A DNA stretch of 57,336 bases, counting the filler, from Sphacelaria rigidula (Eukaryota): NCBI GenBank assembly GCA_964200075.2. It is 8 parts of 8 records of this genome, joined end to end, with 100 filler letters (N's around TTAATTAATTAA, not from the genome) between each part and the next. Parts side by side here need not be neighbours in the genome. Positions count along the whole stretch, not along the records: positions 7,181 to 14,260 come from CAXNAA020016592.1; positions 14,361 to 21,440 come from CAXNAA020016593.1; positions 21,541 to 28,620 come from CAXNAA020016594.1; 5 more parts are not named here. One strand, given 5' to 3'. Shown here in pieces: positions 11,701-23,938 of this stretch. Within the stretch, counting starts at the first letter, position 1; each line of letters starts with the position of its first letter. A program made the translations under genes and the position numbers. The notes beneath the pieces are model-generated. The model saw only the letters and a program-made list of their open reading frames with translations. It searched no databases and had not been told where the DNA came from.

Positions 11701-13776
11701 ATGCGAAGTCTCTTGAGGCCTCACATCGTCGCTCATTGCATTATGCATGTTCCCAAATTCCTCTCGGCAGTGGGTGCCTGAAAAGCAACCAGCAGTGAGT
11801 TAAGAAGTTGGAAATCGAACGATCTTACTGCTACTCTGAATCGACCGGACTCGCAGTCAAGAGTACCGCTCAAAATCTTCGACGACATTACATGCTCAGC
11901 ACTCGAGCACCCTTCCTATCCCACCGCCGCGCGACACGAACGTTTTCTGAAATGTGGTGGAACTGTCATACCGAAGTCTTGCCTACCGGAGTATATATAG
12001 ATATACAAATACGTATTTTATGGCTACAGCAACTATGAACAGGAGGGGAAATGCCAAAAATCACCTCACCCCTTACGCGTTTCACATTTATGAGGACAAA
12101 TCTCTTCTATTGGGAAAATTCTCCGCAGAACAGCAACGAGTGAACCCACATCAATAGGCGCGCACTTCCTACAGCAGCAAGGCCAGTCAAGCATACACCC
12201 GTGCCATTTTCATGGTACGGGCCGCGTTCACATTGACAATTATAATACCCGATGCTACTCGCACAAGGCGGACGCAACTCTGAGCAGGCGGTCATCCGAC
12301 GTATCCCTTCTCACCCCTCTTCACCACCGCAGAAGCAGGAGTGTACTGATGCACTGTGCTGTGCTTCCCTATACCGTTCACGCGGGCCAAAAAAAATCAT
12401 AGGACTGCACATTACACGCTTTGCTCGGATACAAGCATTTTTTTTCCCTCTCTATTTCAACACGAATTCGCTGCCGCGAAGGTCCAACCGACAACACCTA
12501 GTTTGAGTACATACACTTCCCACCAGTCAAGACCGCATAGACCGAAAAGAGGTCACAACTAAATACGCCCACCTACGGGGCAGAGACAGCTACTGTAGCT
12601 CGCTTGCATCACGACGGGGCCGAAGCAATGCAGCGCGAAAGAGCTGAGTCAAATCAAAACCAAATCAAATCACACTGAGTACCACCAATGCATGGGCAAA
12701 CCACGACTACAGTATTACAGACGTACTACATGGTGTGCACTGAGGCAGACCTTTGGCGCATGAACTACTACGTTATACCAGTAGAATCGTGCACCGAGGA
12801 AACCAACGGCGCCCTTCAATGGCATCTACAATCTGCTAGTACCTATCTCTAGCCTTGTGGACTACAGAGAGCCACATTTCGCATTGTGGGTATACAGTGT
12901 CGCGAAAATAATCCCCAGGAAATCGGATGCAAGGGATCAAAAAGCCAGAAATGGTGCATCGAGCGTCACAAATGTGAGGGTACACATATTCATTCTCCAG
13001 ACCAACTGAGTGAGCGACCGCGACCAGTTCATTTTTCGGGCGCCTTCCACTCCTGGTTGATACTACAGTAATATTTGCAACGCTGATCGTTTTTACGAGT
13101 AGCTCCAGGTGTTCGGTGTTCTGTGTGCGGGCGTGATGCCTGAATGCATGACCGACGTGTCAAAAATCTGACTAAAGCACAACGACATACTCTCCTCGCA
13201 CACACGCTTGAACGCCTCGCACACACGCTTGAACGCCTCGCACACACAAGCAGATACCACCATAAAAAATCTACGTAGTGAAGCACAGTACAATATCCCC
13301 CCCCCCCCCGATGGCCGTGCGTGTTCAAGTTCACGTATTTCTCCATGTCTACCACAGACAAGATCTACGCATTGCATCCGCTACACAAGAGAAGCCCTTG
13401 ATAAAACAAAACAAAACAAAACACAACACAACAAAACAAAACACACATAAACCAGCAAGCAAGCAAGAAAAGAGCTCACGCGCACTATCTGCAACGCACC
13501 CCACCTCTTGACCATAAAAAACATGAAAAAATATAAAAATATGTATTGAAAAAAAATATATAGCAGAATCCCGAAACGAACAAAAATAAACACTTCGCGT
13601 TTGCTGCCGGATTGCAAGACACACAACCGCCCACACACATAAAAACATACGCGTATCGGTGCTTTGAAATTCCCCCCCGCCCCCCGACTAAACGAATGAA
13701 AATAACAAAAAGATAAAAAAATGAAAACAACAAATAAAAACAAAGAAATGGAAAATCAGAAAAGTACAAGAATAAG

Positions 13777-13782
<6 letters not shown>

Positions 13783-13811
<29 letters not shown>
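13783..13811. repeat. (AC)n microsatellite
   Basis: Seen directly. Confidence 0.95.
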
Positions 13812-13813
<2 letters not shown>

Positions 13814-14227
13814 ATGTCTGGCTAGACAGCGCAAGCACACGAAGCGAGAATCTCCCGCATCACGAAAAAAAAAAGCCTTTTTTGTTGTCGATGGGCGTCA
13901 TTCCTGCCCCGTCGTAGCTCAAGCGCCCCCTTTGCCGCAGCGGCGTCGCGAGCAACAAGTCTGACGATATCTTTCTGCGGTGTTTTACACCTCCGGGTGT
14001 TACGCTTCTACGTTCCCCCTCGCCAGGGGCATTCCAGGGCTTTGAAGCTCTTCTGTTCGGGCTCGAGGGGATCGACAGGGTCGGCGTGACGGCTGGTTCT
14101 TCCGCTATGCCAAACCCTAGTCTCGCCTCTTTTGGTCGCGTGTGTGTTCGCGCACCAAGCCGGCCTGCAGTGGGAAGAGACAGTCGCCTGCAAAGAGCGC
14201 GGACGGGGGTGGGGCGGGGGGGGGGGC

Positions 14228-14260
14228 GTACTCATTTGTTGCTTGCCTTTGTCATTTGAC
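14228..14260 (-). mobile_element. LINE 3' end (ATGAGTAC family) at contig end
   Basis: Reverse of ...GGCAAGCAACAAATGAGTAC abutting the G-rich tract 14205-14226. Confidence 0.85.
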
Positions 14261-14360
14261 NNNNNNNNNNNNNNNNNNNNNNNNNNNNNNNNNNNNNNNN
14301 NNNNTTAATTAATTAANNNNNNNNNNNNNNNNNNNNNNNNNNNNNNNNNNNNNNNNNNNN
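14261..14360. other. Artificial contig spacer
   Basis: Same N44-TTAATTAATTAA-N44 structure. Confidence 0.97.
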
Positions 14361-14446
14361 ATTCCAGATCGCTCCGAGAATCGAACCCCTCAAGTCAACC
14401 ATCAGAAGGCTGCGAGGTTACCAACTGAGCCACCGGGGCGACCGGC
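14361..14446 (-). mobile_element. tRNA-derived SINE head
   Basis: Minus strand GCCGGTCGCCCCGGTGGCTCAGTTGG (A box) ... GGTTCGATTC (B box); second copy at 24600-24681; no clean acceptor stem. Confidence 0.75.
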
Positions 14447-15020
14447 TCAATGTGTAGGTGGAAATAAAGTCTATTTTATACTTGTATTTCTTCTTCTTGG
14501 TGGGTGGCGTAGTTGATGTTTCTTGTTGGCCTGTCGTGGCGCGTGTTCCTCATGAATAGCAGTAGTATTTAGAAATAGACCGTTTCTTACGGTTCTTATT
14601 TTCGCAAGAATTCCAGAACAAGAAAATCGAGACGCCGAAATTTTCAGGAAATGAAGGCTCCCGGCCCATATTTTTAACCGAGACACGGCGAGACTTGCAA
14701 CGCCCGCCAGCGCAGATGTTGGTGGCCCTCTTCGTTATCTGCGGGGCTTTGCTGATGGCAATGTCGAACATCCCCAACACCGTCTGCACACTGGCGCAGA
14801 TTTTGCTTCGCCATCACGGCGCACGCGGGATGTCGTCAGGGGTTGATCATTTGTTGGCATCGACCGTGCTGAAAACCTGCAGCACAGACAGTACAGCTCT
14901 GTACTGTCTGTGCTGCCTGATGTAGTGAGTTGTACAGTAGGTGTCCGTTTGCACACAGCAGTAGTAGTACGGCGGCTGTAGTGAACATGAGTACAGTACT
15001 GTCTGTACTGCCGCATTTAA

Positions 15021-15138
15021 CCCTTTTGGAACCCACTGACGATTCTTGTTTTCGTGAATCGGCATCATTTTGACTTGAAAACGACGGAAAATTATACCGA
15101 TTCACAGGAACAAGAATCGTCAGTGGGTTCCAAAAGGG
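15021..15138. mobile_element. piggyBac-like MITE (118 bp)
   Basis: TTAA|CCCTTTTGGAACCCACTGACGATTCTTGTT...AACAAGAATCGTCAGTGGGTTCCAAAAGGG|TCAA; ~42-bp TIR, TTAA-type flanks. Confidence 0.85.
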
Positions 15139-16419
15139 TCAACAGTAGGGTGCAGATGTCAGTTTGCAACCAACGGCTGCCGAAAATGATCTGGACAACG
15201 GGCAGTGCAGACAGTACAAGGTGTGTTCTGCTGCATGCAACAACAGGGTGCAGATGTGAGTTCGCCGACAGTAGCATACAACGGCTGCACTCAAATGATG
15301 TGGAGAAGTGCAGTACAGACGGTACTAGACAGTGCACAACTGTCTGTACTGCCGCATACTGCAGTATAGGATGAAAATGTCAGTTTGCATATAGTACGAG
15401 CTGGGTCAGCAGGCATCGGGGGAGGTCTATGTTGCACGTCTTCTTACACGAACGCAGGAAGCTTGGCACGGTGAAGCATTCAAGACTTTGTACCCCGCCT
15501 TGGGGTGCACATCCATTTGAATCCCGCTGACCGTATGCTTGATATTTTACCGCTCTTTTGGTACCCCGCTCCCCTGTCGAACCCGCCGAAAAATACATGT
15601 GGAACCGCAAGAAAAGTCAATATTTCTGTTCGTATTGTTTCATGGTATTTTTCTCTTGAAACGATGGGAATGTACGAACCGTAAGGTGTTGCTTGCTGCT
15701 AATGTTGATGTTTGGATGTTGCTTGTTTGATTCTTTTTTGGTTTTTGGGCAAGAGGAAGGTTACAATATATATATATATTGTCAATAACATGATAATTTA
15801 CTAATATTAGTAATTCCTCAACGCACAGGATGTAATCGGTGGAACTGCGGGTATAGATTCAGTTCGCGGCATCGGCCATGGTCGTACCGTCATCGACGCC
15901 GATGTCGCTGGGCATGAGAGTGATGGCGTGTCAGTAGCAACAGAGAGACAGCTTTTTAGGGCTGCGAACTGGACCAGTTGATACCGTCGGCTAAAGTGGC
16001 ACTGGCGTTAAGCTGGAATTGTCGACGACCACTTTATTCGAAGTTTATCGTTACCAGCTATGTCGTATACCAACTTTAGTATATGGGAAGTTTCACGCTA
16101 TTCGAGGACATGTTTTCAAGACTCCAGTTCAACACATGAGGAACTCATTGGGAGTCCAAAATATGACAAATGACACATGATCGTATGTGAACAACGTTGG
16201 CGGAAGTTGGATTCCGGCAGGGGGTGCATGGTAACGCAGAGAACGATAAATTAGCTGTCCCCGGGGTGTGCTTTCTGCCGTGAAGTTAGGGGGTGGTATC
16301 CGCCGTTGTGGCCCATACCGTGCGAACGGCAATGCGTGTGGATGTCATGAAAGGGTCTGCGGGATACTTGAAACATGGGAGAAAAAAACGAGAATGAATT
16401 TCGAAGTCGGAGAGGTGAT

Positions 16420-16900
16420 GCACGCACCTCCCTCCCTTCCCCCCCCCTCGAAATCAATTGTTCCCCAGGTGGTATCTACCGTTTTGGCCTGTTACACACG
16501 AAGGCGATCCACCTCGACACACGAACACATTGGTAAAATATGTTGAAAATAAGAGAAGTAGACTGCCACCATCTCCCCATTTCTCTCCACCCGGGAATGA
16601 AATCACTCTATCCCCTCTCCAGACACGATGAGGGTGTCATCTACCGTGTTCTTTAGTAACGTGGACATTTACACACGGATAACGATGTCCCCAAAAACAC
16701 GAAGGGGGCATCGTTGGAACACATTCACCACATACTATTCTCTCATGGCCCCTTTCTCCTTCTATCCCCCTTCTCGGGGATGAAATCGCCGCATCCCCTC
16801 CCTGAATAATCTCAGCGGGAAAAGGGTCTTATCCAACGTTTGAGTCACATGCGGCCGGACAACAATGAATCTGAAAGACGTGACCGCTACCAATAAAAAA
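16420..16900. repeat. Degenerate ~180-190 bp tandem repeat (about 3 units)
   Basis: Recurring ATGAAATC...ATCCCCTC (16598, 16780) and GG.GT.ATCTACCGT-like blocks (near 16468, 16632, 16824). Confidence 0.55.
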
Positions 16901-18542
16901 AGTATCATCACCCCTAACTAGTTAGTTATACATGCCGTTTTCCCAACGGAGCGAAAGACACGCGGGGAAGAGTTTTGAAGGGAGAACAAATCAAATACCC
17001 CAGTTTTTCTTTCCTCCGGCAGTGCGCCTACGGGCCCCCATCACCAGCCGAGGGAGAGAGGAGGGGGGTGTTGGCCGCTCGCCTTCGATGTTTTTCCAGT
17101 AAATCGGCGCAGCGAATTTAATGGGAAAACCTCGATCAACTAGCCGCTGGCACAGTCAGTTTTAACTGACCTGAACCGCCAGTTTACAGCCCTGCTATTG
17201 TTTTTTTTCTTTCTCCTGTGAGCAGTTTGCTCCTCAGACCGTTCAGGCCGTACGCCTCCCACAGCTCTCACTGGTGTCCCCAACAACCGGTCAGACCTAG
17301 GGGGGTCAGAAGGATATTTGGCTTCTTGAGCCTCGACATACCCCCGTCTTTTTTTTTCTGTGAGAAGTACAGTATTTGATTTCCGTTGATGAAACATGAA
17401 CCCTGGGGACCCCTCCCCTGTCGTTCCAGGGTCAGACGCCTCATTACTGCAAACCCTGACGGAGAAAAAAAAAGTGGAAACAGAAAAGACCGACGCGAAC
17501 CATTTTTACGGCGTCAGGCCCCAGAAGAATCCACGGTTCGAACGAATCATCGCCGGTTCGAATCACCAAATCCACGATATTTCAGGCCTGATTGCTCAAC
17601 GAGAAAAGATGTTGACCGCTGGCCCAAAAGGTCTCCACGCAATTTTTGCGCCATTTCACGTGTCTAGGCCGCGCGTACCCGGGCCGCAACGCTGAAAACA
17701 AAGCCGCAGGGTTGATTCGTATGGTACGAATCAATCACACAAAAATCGAGTGATTTCCAGACGAATCATTCTTTCGCCCGACCCTTGGAAGAATCCACCA
17801 GCATACGTCATGCGCGCACCAAAAATGTCACCCCGGTGCCAGTCGGATTAGTTTTGTCCGATGACAGGGACGAATTGAGTCCAGTGTGTTCAACTTTATG
17901 CACAGCCAAAATGAGCAATTGCGTAAAACTCTATACAAACAACAATCGGCACCGCTTGTCTATTTTCTATGCACTTGAGTCCCGTGCTTCACTCGCGCAC
18001 ATTTTTATACGGGTCTGAAAAACACGCCTCGGGCTAACAGTTTTGAGTGAAAGCTGTACAAACTCAAGCATATGTCGTTCAAGAAACAGCGCCTCGAAAT
18101 CCACACTTTTATATCCCCGGTGCCAAAAGGGTTAAGGACGCAAATGGCAAAAAAACGAAAATTGGCAAGAGTCGACGGAATGCGTACGATAGTGCGGGGG
18201 TGATGATTCAAATCCTCGGTTATACAAAATATCAAGGGGGTACTGTAAACTTTACTGTACCAGAAGAGTATGCAACCTCTAGTACACGTGCAGGTCCATG
18301 ATACACTGTCTGTTGATGCAGCGGTTTGTGTTATGAATAACATGAGGTTGGGTCATTAGATAGTCTGGAGTATGACCATGGGTGCTTGACATTTGACTTA
18401 TGCAGAGGAGTTGCTGCTCGCCACTTTCGACATTAACAACTGTGGTTTGAACAGCACCTGTCTTGAAGTCTCCAAGCTCTGGTGAGGGAGGGAGCCCTTG
18501 TAGCAGTCCTGTGACCTTGTTCAGAGTCCAACAGAGTCTGGA

Positions 18543-18690
18543 TACTGTACTGTACTGTACTGTGCGGTGCGGTGCGGTGCGGTGCGGTGCGGTGCGGTGC
18601 GGTGCGGTGCGGTGCGGTGCGGTGCGGTGCGGTGCGGTGCTGTGCTGTGCTGTGCTGTGCTGTGCTGTGCTGTGCTGTGCTGTGCTGTGC
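18543..18690. repeat. Compound pentanucleotide microsatellite (TACTG)n-(TGCGG)n-(TGCTG)n
   Basis: Seen directly. Confidence 0.97.
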
Positions 18691-18699
18691 CGGGGACAA

Positions 18700-19100
18700 C
18701 ATGGGTTGATCGTTCGAGATCACGAACTTGCCGACTAAGTTTGTTTTCTTTAGAGACGAACACAACGACAATGTATCGCAGCCCATGCAATCCAAACCGT
18801 ATTCGCAACGCGTGAACACACCACAACAGAACAGACAGTGGAAGCTCCGACACATGAGGGAGGGCTTGAGTATTTTTGCTGCGGTACAGTAGTGAAACAG
18901 GACATGTCCCATGTTTTAGTCCTCCATCTGATTGTGGAGAGGTCGTCAATTTTGGGACAGTGCCGAGTTTGAACATTTGGCCATGGTCACGCTTCTTCCA
19001 ATTCACTTTGAGTACCCTAATCTGTGTGTGGGAGGTTTGGCTTGAGATTCGGGCTTCGCCCGCTAATTGAGTGAAGCAGATTCTGTCCAGGTACATCTTT
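18700..19100 (-). pseudogene. Possible degraded RTE-type LINE RT fragment
   Basis: GGLKHGTCPVSLLY ... IRFGLHG resembles GLxQGCxLxPxLF ... IRxRLDG. Confidence 0.3.
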
Positions 19101-19429
19101 AGTTTGCCGATAGGTGAAAAACTGGAACATGATTATTCCGGCCAATGCGTATTTGGTGATGCGGTGAACTGGGGTCCGAGCCCGCACATGTCATCACTCC
19201 ACATCACTCACGCTCTTCGGATATCCATTTCAACTTGAGCTTACTCCCATCAAGCGATATGGAACAATCTATGTTGCTAGGGGCCGGCGATAGCTAACTT
19301 TTGCCGCTGCTACGCTCCAGCCCGATGCCCTGAAATACATATACACATATATATATATATATAAGTGACCACGGCTCGATTCCTGGTAAGTCACTTAAAG
19401 TGCGACAATCAATCTATCAATCATTCAAT

Positions 19430-19600
19430 CAAAAATAGGACAGGCCTGTGGACAGCGGCCGTGGCTTATCTGACCGGCGACGATGGTGTGTGCGTAGGTT
19501 ATAGCTTCTCACTCGGTGTAGGGGGGCGGTGCGTGTGGGGACGCGACGTGGAGTTGGACTGGGTAAGCTTGGCAGGGCAGAGCTTGGGGTAAGGACAGGA
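19430..19600. mobile_element. MITE family copy (ACAGGCCTGTGGAC TIR family)
   Basis: Homologous, with inverted interior, to 31164-31335 and 31419-31654. Confidence 0.75.
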
Positions 19601-19867
19601 TCGAGAGACGGTGGGTGCGTGACGGGGCACCCTGAGTGAGGAGTATGACCATAGCCCGGACAAGAGATTGAAGGATGACAGCCCTGGGCTTGACAGGCCC
19701 GGAATGACAGTCTGTGTTGACGTGCGGGGGGGCTATTAGTCAGCGGGTCGAGTTTTACAGAGATCATAATCACACTCACACACACACATATATATGTATA
19801 TAACATGCGTTCATTCACGGTTAATTTTGATCATCTGCCGTTGTCTTCCTTTGCCTTTGTTCGGCAG

Positions 19868-20032
19868 AATGATGCGCTGTTGGACAGTCACGTGCTGTGC
19901 GGCAGCATGAAGCCGTGCATGGACTGCCACGGCCAGTGCGAAACAGATCCAGATTACAAGTTTCAGGATTGGCTCTTCAATTTGGAAGAAGACCCTCGCG
20001 AATCTGTGAACCTTATACACGATTACCCCGAG
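19868..20032 (+). CDS. Internal exon of a sulfatase (arylsulfatase B/J-like C-terminal region)
   Basis: Polypyrimidine-CAG acceptor at 19867, GAG|GTGCGT donor at 20033; 165 nt, phase 0-0; encodes WLFNLEEDPRESVNLIHDYPE, matching the sulfatase C-terminal LFxLxxDPxExxNL...PE motif. Confidence 0.85.
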
Positions 20033-20117
20033 GTGCGTGGCCGTTGTTACTTATGCCGAAACGGCACTTTTTTCTGTAGCTGTCTTGAGTTCAAGAATCC
20101 ATCGGTGGATAGAGAGA

Positions 20118-20215
20118 CTGATAAATAGGTAGATGGATGGATAGATAGATGGATAAATTAAATAAGTGAGATAGATTAGGTAGATAGATATAGATAGATA
20201 GATGAATAGATAGAT
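20118..20215. repeat. (GATA/GATG)n microsatellite
   Basis: Seen directly. Confidence 0.85.
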
Positions 20216-20934
20216 CACCGTACATGAATCGGTCCGAAATCAATCCAGCCGCGGTGAAAAAGAAAAATATCGCCCAGGTCCGTGATAAGCGACAACACGT
20301 AATGCTTGCTGAAGTAAGCTGGAGGAGATGGTGGTGGTGGGGGGGGCAAGCTGAAGGAGCCGAATGCTTCCGATTTGCTGCAACCAATTTTTATATAGAC
20401 TGCGTGTTTCAGGTCACTTTCAGTCCAGTTCGACACGCTTATCAATTATAGTATAGTGAAACAGTGCGTGTTCTGTGTTGCATGCAGCGTCCTCATGAGA
20501 TTAATTCCTCATACTTAGCTCTCCCTTCGAGCAACAAGAACAGCGGACGTACAGGAAGCACCTGGTCAGCTTGTAAGTTCGCAGAAAGTGACGAGACACC
20601 ACCATGCATTCCTGAACGACGGAGAACAACGTTCATGATCCAACAACTGACCGTCCGCACCACAGGATTGTTTGCCCGCCTGCCTGCAGACATTCAGAGG
20701 GCTACTGAACTAAATTGTTTTGGACCACAGGTTGGATGCTTTGCGACCGACCTGCTGCTGTCCAGAAGAGTTTGCACTTCGCCACTATCTTACCCTTTCA
20801 CTGTCCAAAATGTACTGTAATGAGGCTCTCGTGTTGGTGCCCTCTTCCCATCAGTACGAGGAATAAAAACGTAGGCGGCTGGAGATGACGCCATAGGAAC
20901 ACTTCTCGATTTCGACCACGTCTCGTACAGATTG

Positions 20935-21006
20935 GTCGATCCCTTGAGACCACGGACTCAGCCCGAGGAAGGGGAGAGGTTCAAAGTGCGAGAAATAAAT
21001 AAATAA
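20935..21006 (+). mobile_element. SINE 3' end with (AAAT)n tail
   Basis: GATCCCTTGAGACCACGGACTC...GGTTCAAAGTGCGA + AAATAAATAAAT; matches the reverse of 49322-49380. Confidence 0.7.
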
Positions 21007-21336
21007 CAATTCATAATAATCATAATGTCTGTAACAGCAAACGACTTTGATGTGCGTGTTGTACGATTATCTCCAAACCATAAGTAAGCCTGCCTGTTAT
21101 TAACACGTTCGCTCGTTCGTGATGAGCACCGGTGCGTGAATGAAGAGTCGAAATATAATGACGATGTCGTTTTTATCTGCGACGTCGATGTATGCCGTGC
21201 CTCGAAACGCCCATCTTTAAGTGGGACAACCGGTTTCATTCACTTGCTATTATGGTTGAATCGAAATAATGGTGGAACCTCGTTTCTCTACCTGCCTTTC
21301 GCTTGAAAGTCGGTGAGGGGAGGGGGGGGGAGGGTG

Positions 21337-21440
21337 GTACTCATGATCCTCCATGCCATTGTCACAGGACCACTGACCTCGCATCCCTACAATGCCGGGA
21401 CGGAGCACGCTGGGTTTTCGCCAGACCAGGCTCGCACTCA
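21337..21440 (-). mobile_element. Non-autonomous retroposon (LINE-tail family B), 3' end
   Basis: Matches 34488-34580, 50258-50317, 55915-55965 and 56600-56780; ends ATGAGTAC next to a G-tract on the plus strand. Confidence 0.75.
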
Positions 21441-21540
21441 NNNNNNNNNNNNNNNNNNNNNNNNNNNNNNNNNNNNNNNNNNNNTTAATTAATTAANNNN
21501 NNNNNNNNNNNNNNNNNNNNNNNNNNNNNNNNNNNNNNNN
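21441..21540. other. Artificial contig spacer
   Basis: Same N44-TTAATTAATTAA-N44 structure. Confidence 0.97.
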
Positions 21541-21623
21541 GCCTCGTGGGTGGCCATAGCAAACTGGGTCCGGCACCGGCAGCATACGCGCTTCAGGTGT
21601 ACGCAGTTCGTACGCATGACCCC

Positions 21624-21916
21624 CACGGGTGGCCACTGGGGTCTGTAACCGGGCCATTTTGGGACCTCATCCACATGTGGTAAGGTCCGCGGATTAGGTG
21701 GACAACTGAAGAGCATTCGCACAGCATGGACAGGTTCGAAACAAAGTATGTTCCAGTCTACAGGGGAGTCACCCGCCTATAGAGTGGGACATGTTTTGTT
21801 TCGAACCTGTCCATGCTGTGCGAATGCTCTTCAGTTGTCTACCCAATCCGCGGACCTTACCAAATGTGGAGAAGGTCCCAAAATGGCCAGGTTACAGACC
21901 CCAGTGGCCACCCGTG
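21624..21916. mobile_element. Foldback MITE, CACGGGTGGCCA termini, ~140-bp arms
   Basis: Near-perfect 293-bp palindrome; the same termini occur at 38972-39081 and 10160-10187. Confidence 0.9.
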
Positions 21917-23938
21917 CAATGCTTGGCCACCCAGGACCGATCCAACAGCTTCAACGCTGACGACCACGAGAGTTGCGCTGCCTCCAACACACGAGTCGAT
22001 ATCCTCACGACAGCCATATGTTCATGATGTGCTGGTTGTTCCGGCTCGCTTCAGATGATTCCCAGCCACCAACGATATAATAATGTCGCCATCTACGACC
22101 AACTGATTCGTCGCCGTTGCCACGTCGTCGTGAAACTAGTGCATTATTTCCGACCCAACTGCGATGGTTTTGTACTTCGTGGGAAGATCGTGTGCTTGAC
22201 ACCGCATCGTAGTTCGTAGCACCCCAGGATTGACGCCCGTCGTAACCAATCGGGCGGGTCAACAGGAACCATGCCTCTGACCCTCACCCCAACCTTCGAC
22301 TCCAATGCAGCCCTCCAAGTACGCGGTTCTCCCACAAATTACAGTTCTTCTCGAATAACGTTCCGATCCGGTTTTCGCAAGTGGTGGGCATTTCTAATCG
22401 ATTTCAACTGTCGACTCATCGTCCACCAGCAACACATGCAACCGTCCGCACGTCGCTTACCCTTGAAGCAGCAGTCGTACTTGTCGCACTTGCCGCGGCA
22501 TCTCTTGCGGTCGTCGCCAATTGGCTTCCAGTCACCGGGGCAAGAGAAATGCTTGCACTTGTCACGCTGCTTTGTGGAGTGAGTAAACCGGCACAGACAA
22601 GAAGCAAACAGCACACATGTTGGTGATCAGTAATGGATCACATGCCGGCAACTAATTGGTCAGCGTTCGTGTCTCTTGTCCTCTAGTTTTCAATGGGCGG
22701 CGACGAAGCTTCTGGTATAGACCTCATCTCGTTCCAGGCCTCGCTTTCCGTGTGCTGCCTCTGCGGTGACAGTCGCACGCGAACCTACATATTTCCCGAG
22801 GAATGCTGCCGAGTAGAATATACGTCGTGAAGACGTGTACTAACGTGAAATAAAGTGCGATGCCTTACCATGTGGCACGTTATGCATACGGTGTGATGGC
22901 AGTCTCCACACCACAGCTGTGCACCCCCGGGCCACGGGCATACGTTGCTATGTGAATGCTGGTGAATGTGATGAAACAACACGTTACTGCCAACCTATGT
23001 TGAATGAAGCCATACTAAAGCAAAGAGGCGTTGACCATACAGGGAGCTCCGTAGATGAGAATTTCGAGCCCTCCTCGCGGGAGATACTTCAACTTTTGCG
23101 TGCCAAAACGTTTCCCGTGCTCAGTCAGCCTATTTTGATACAGGTGCAGTAATAATGTCGAGCAGTTTTGCCTTATCCTGGACATACACCGACCATGAGG
23201 TAGTCGATCACTCGATCCAAGTGAGTACCTCCGTACAAGTATGTTCCGATCTGCCATCTTGTGTCACTTGGTCTAATGTTATGAGGAGAATGAGAGCTAC
23301 AATGCAAAAAAAAACACAACGAGGGAAAATAAGTAAGGCAGGGGAGTAAGGAACGCCATCAGTTGTTCCGAGTTGTTCCGAGTTACGCTTCGTCCCCAAT
23401 CATCTTGGTTCAAGTACACGATAACTTCAGTGCTTGCATCGCGTTTTCTCGGCACGCGAGTCCAATCCTTTGCTTGGTTGCCGAGAAGTTTTCGTTGCAA
23501 GATTGGCCCTTGTGGGTTCGCGACCAGCAGCATACCAGGGAAACGTTTCCGGCTGTTGCTGTGGTGTGTAGAGGGCCACAACTTGTGAAAATGTTTGTCT
23601 CGTGATATTCGCAAGAGCGGTGAACGTGGCGTGGTAGCTTGCGGGTATGTGCTTCTCGAGTGTTTCACCGACAAACAGCAGCAGTACTCGAGTGCAACAA
23701 CAAGGGCACAGCAACAACAGGAGCAGCAGCTTCCTCCATCCTCCTGCCGCGGCATATATCATTTCTTTAGTACATTACAAATGAGCCAGGTCGTAATTTT
23801 GAGGTGACGCGTCCACTTGTGAATTACACTGATTGGCTCGGTAAGGCCTAATTTCTTCAGAAAAAAAGGAGTCGATGCACACTATCCCGATATGTAGTGC
23901 CTAAAGTCAGTCCTGATTCCCCCACACAACTGTTGTAG

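Noticed and set aside
14361-14446. tRNA genes at 14361, 24600 and 49545
   Set aside because: A/B boxes are present but there is no consistent cloverleaf or acceptor stem; they occur as diverged dispersed copies, so they are treated as SINE heads
18047-18301. 84-aa Lys-rich ORF as a host gene
   Set aside because: Spans a piggyBac-like terminus (CCAAAAGGG|TTAA); no recognisable domain
18433-19096. ORFs with HRTAP/CGAVR repeats
   Set aside because: Open frames are produced by the microsatellite
23395-23480. 2OG-Fe(II) oxygenase-like VIVYLNQDDWG peptide (minus strand)
   Set aside because: No HxD motif, no downstream GG.L and no clear splice sites
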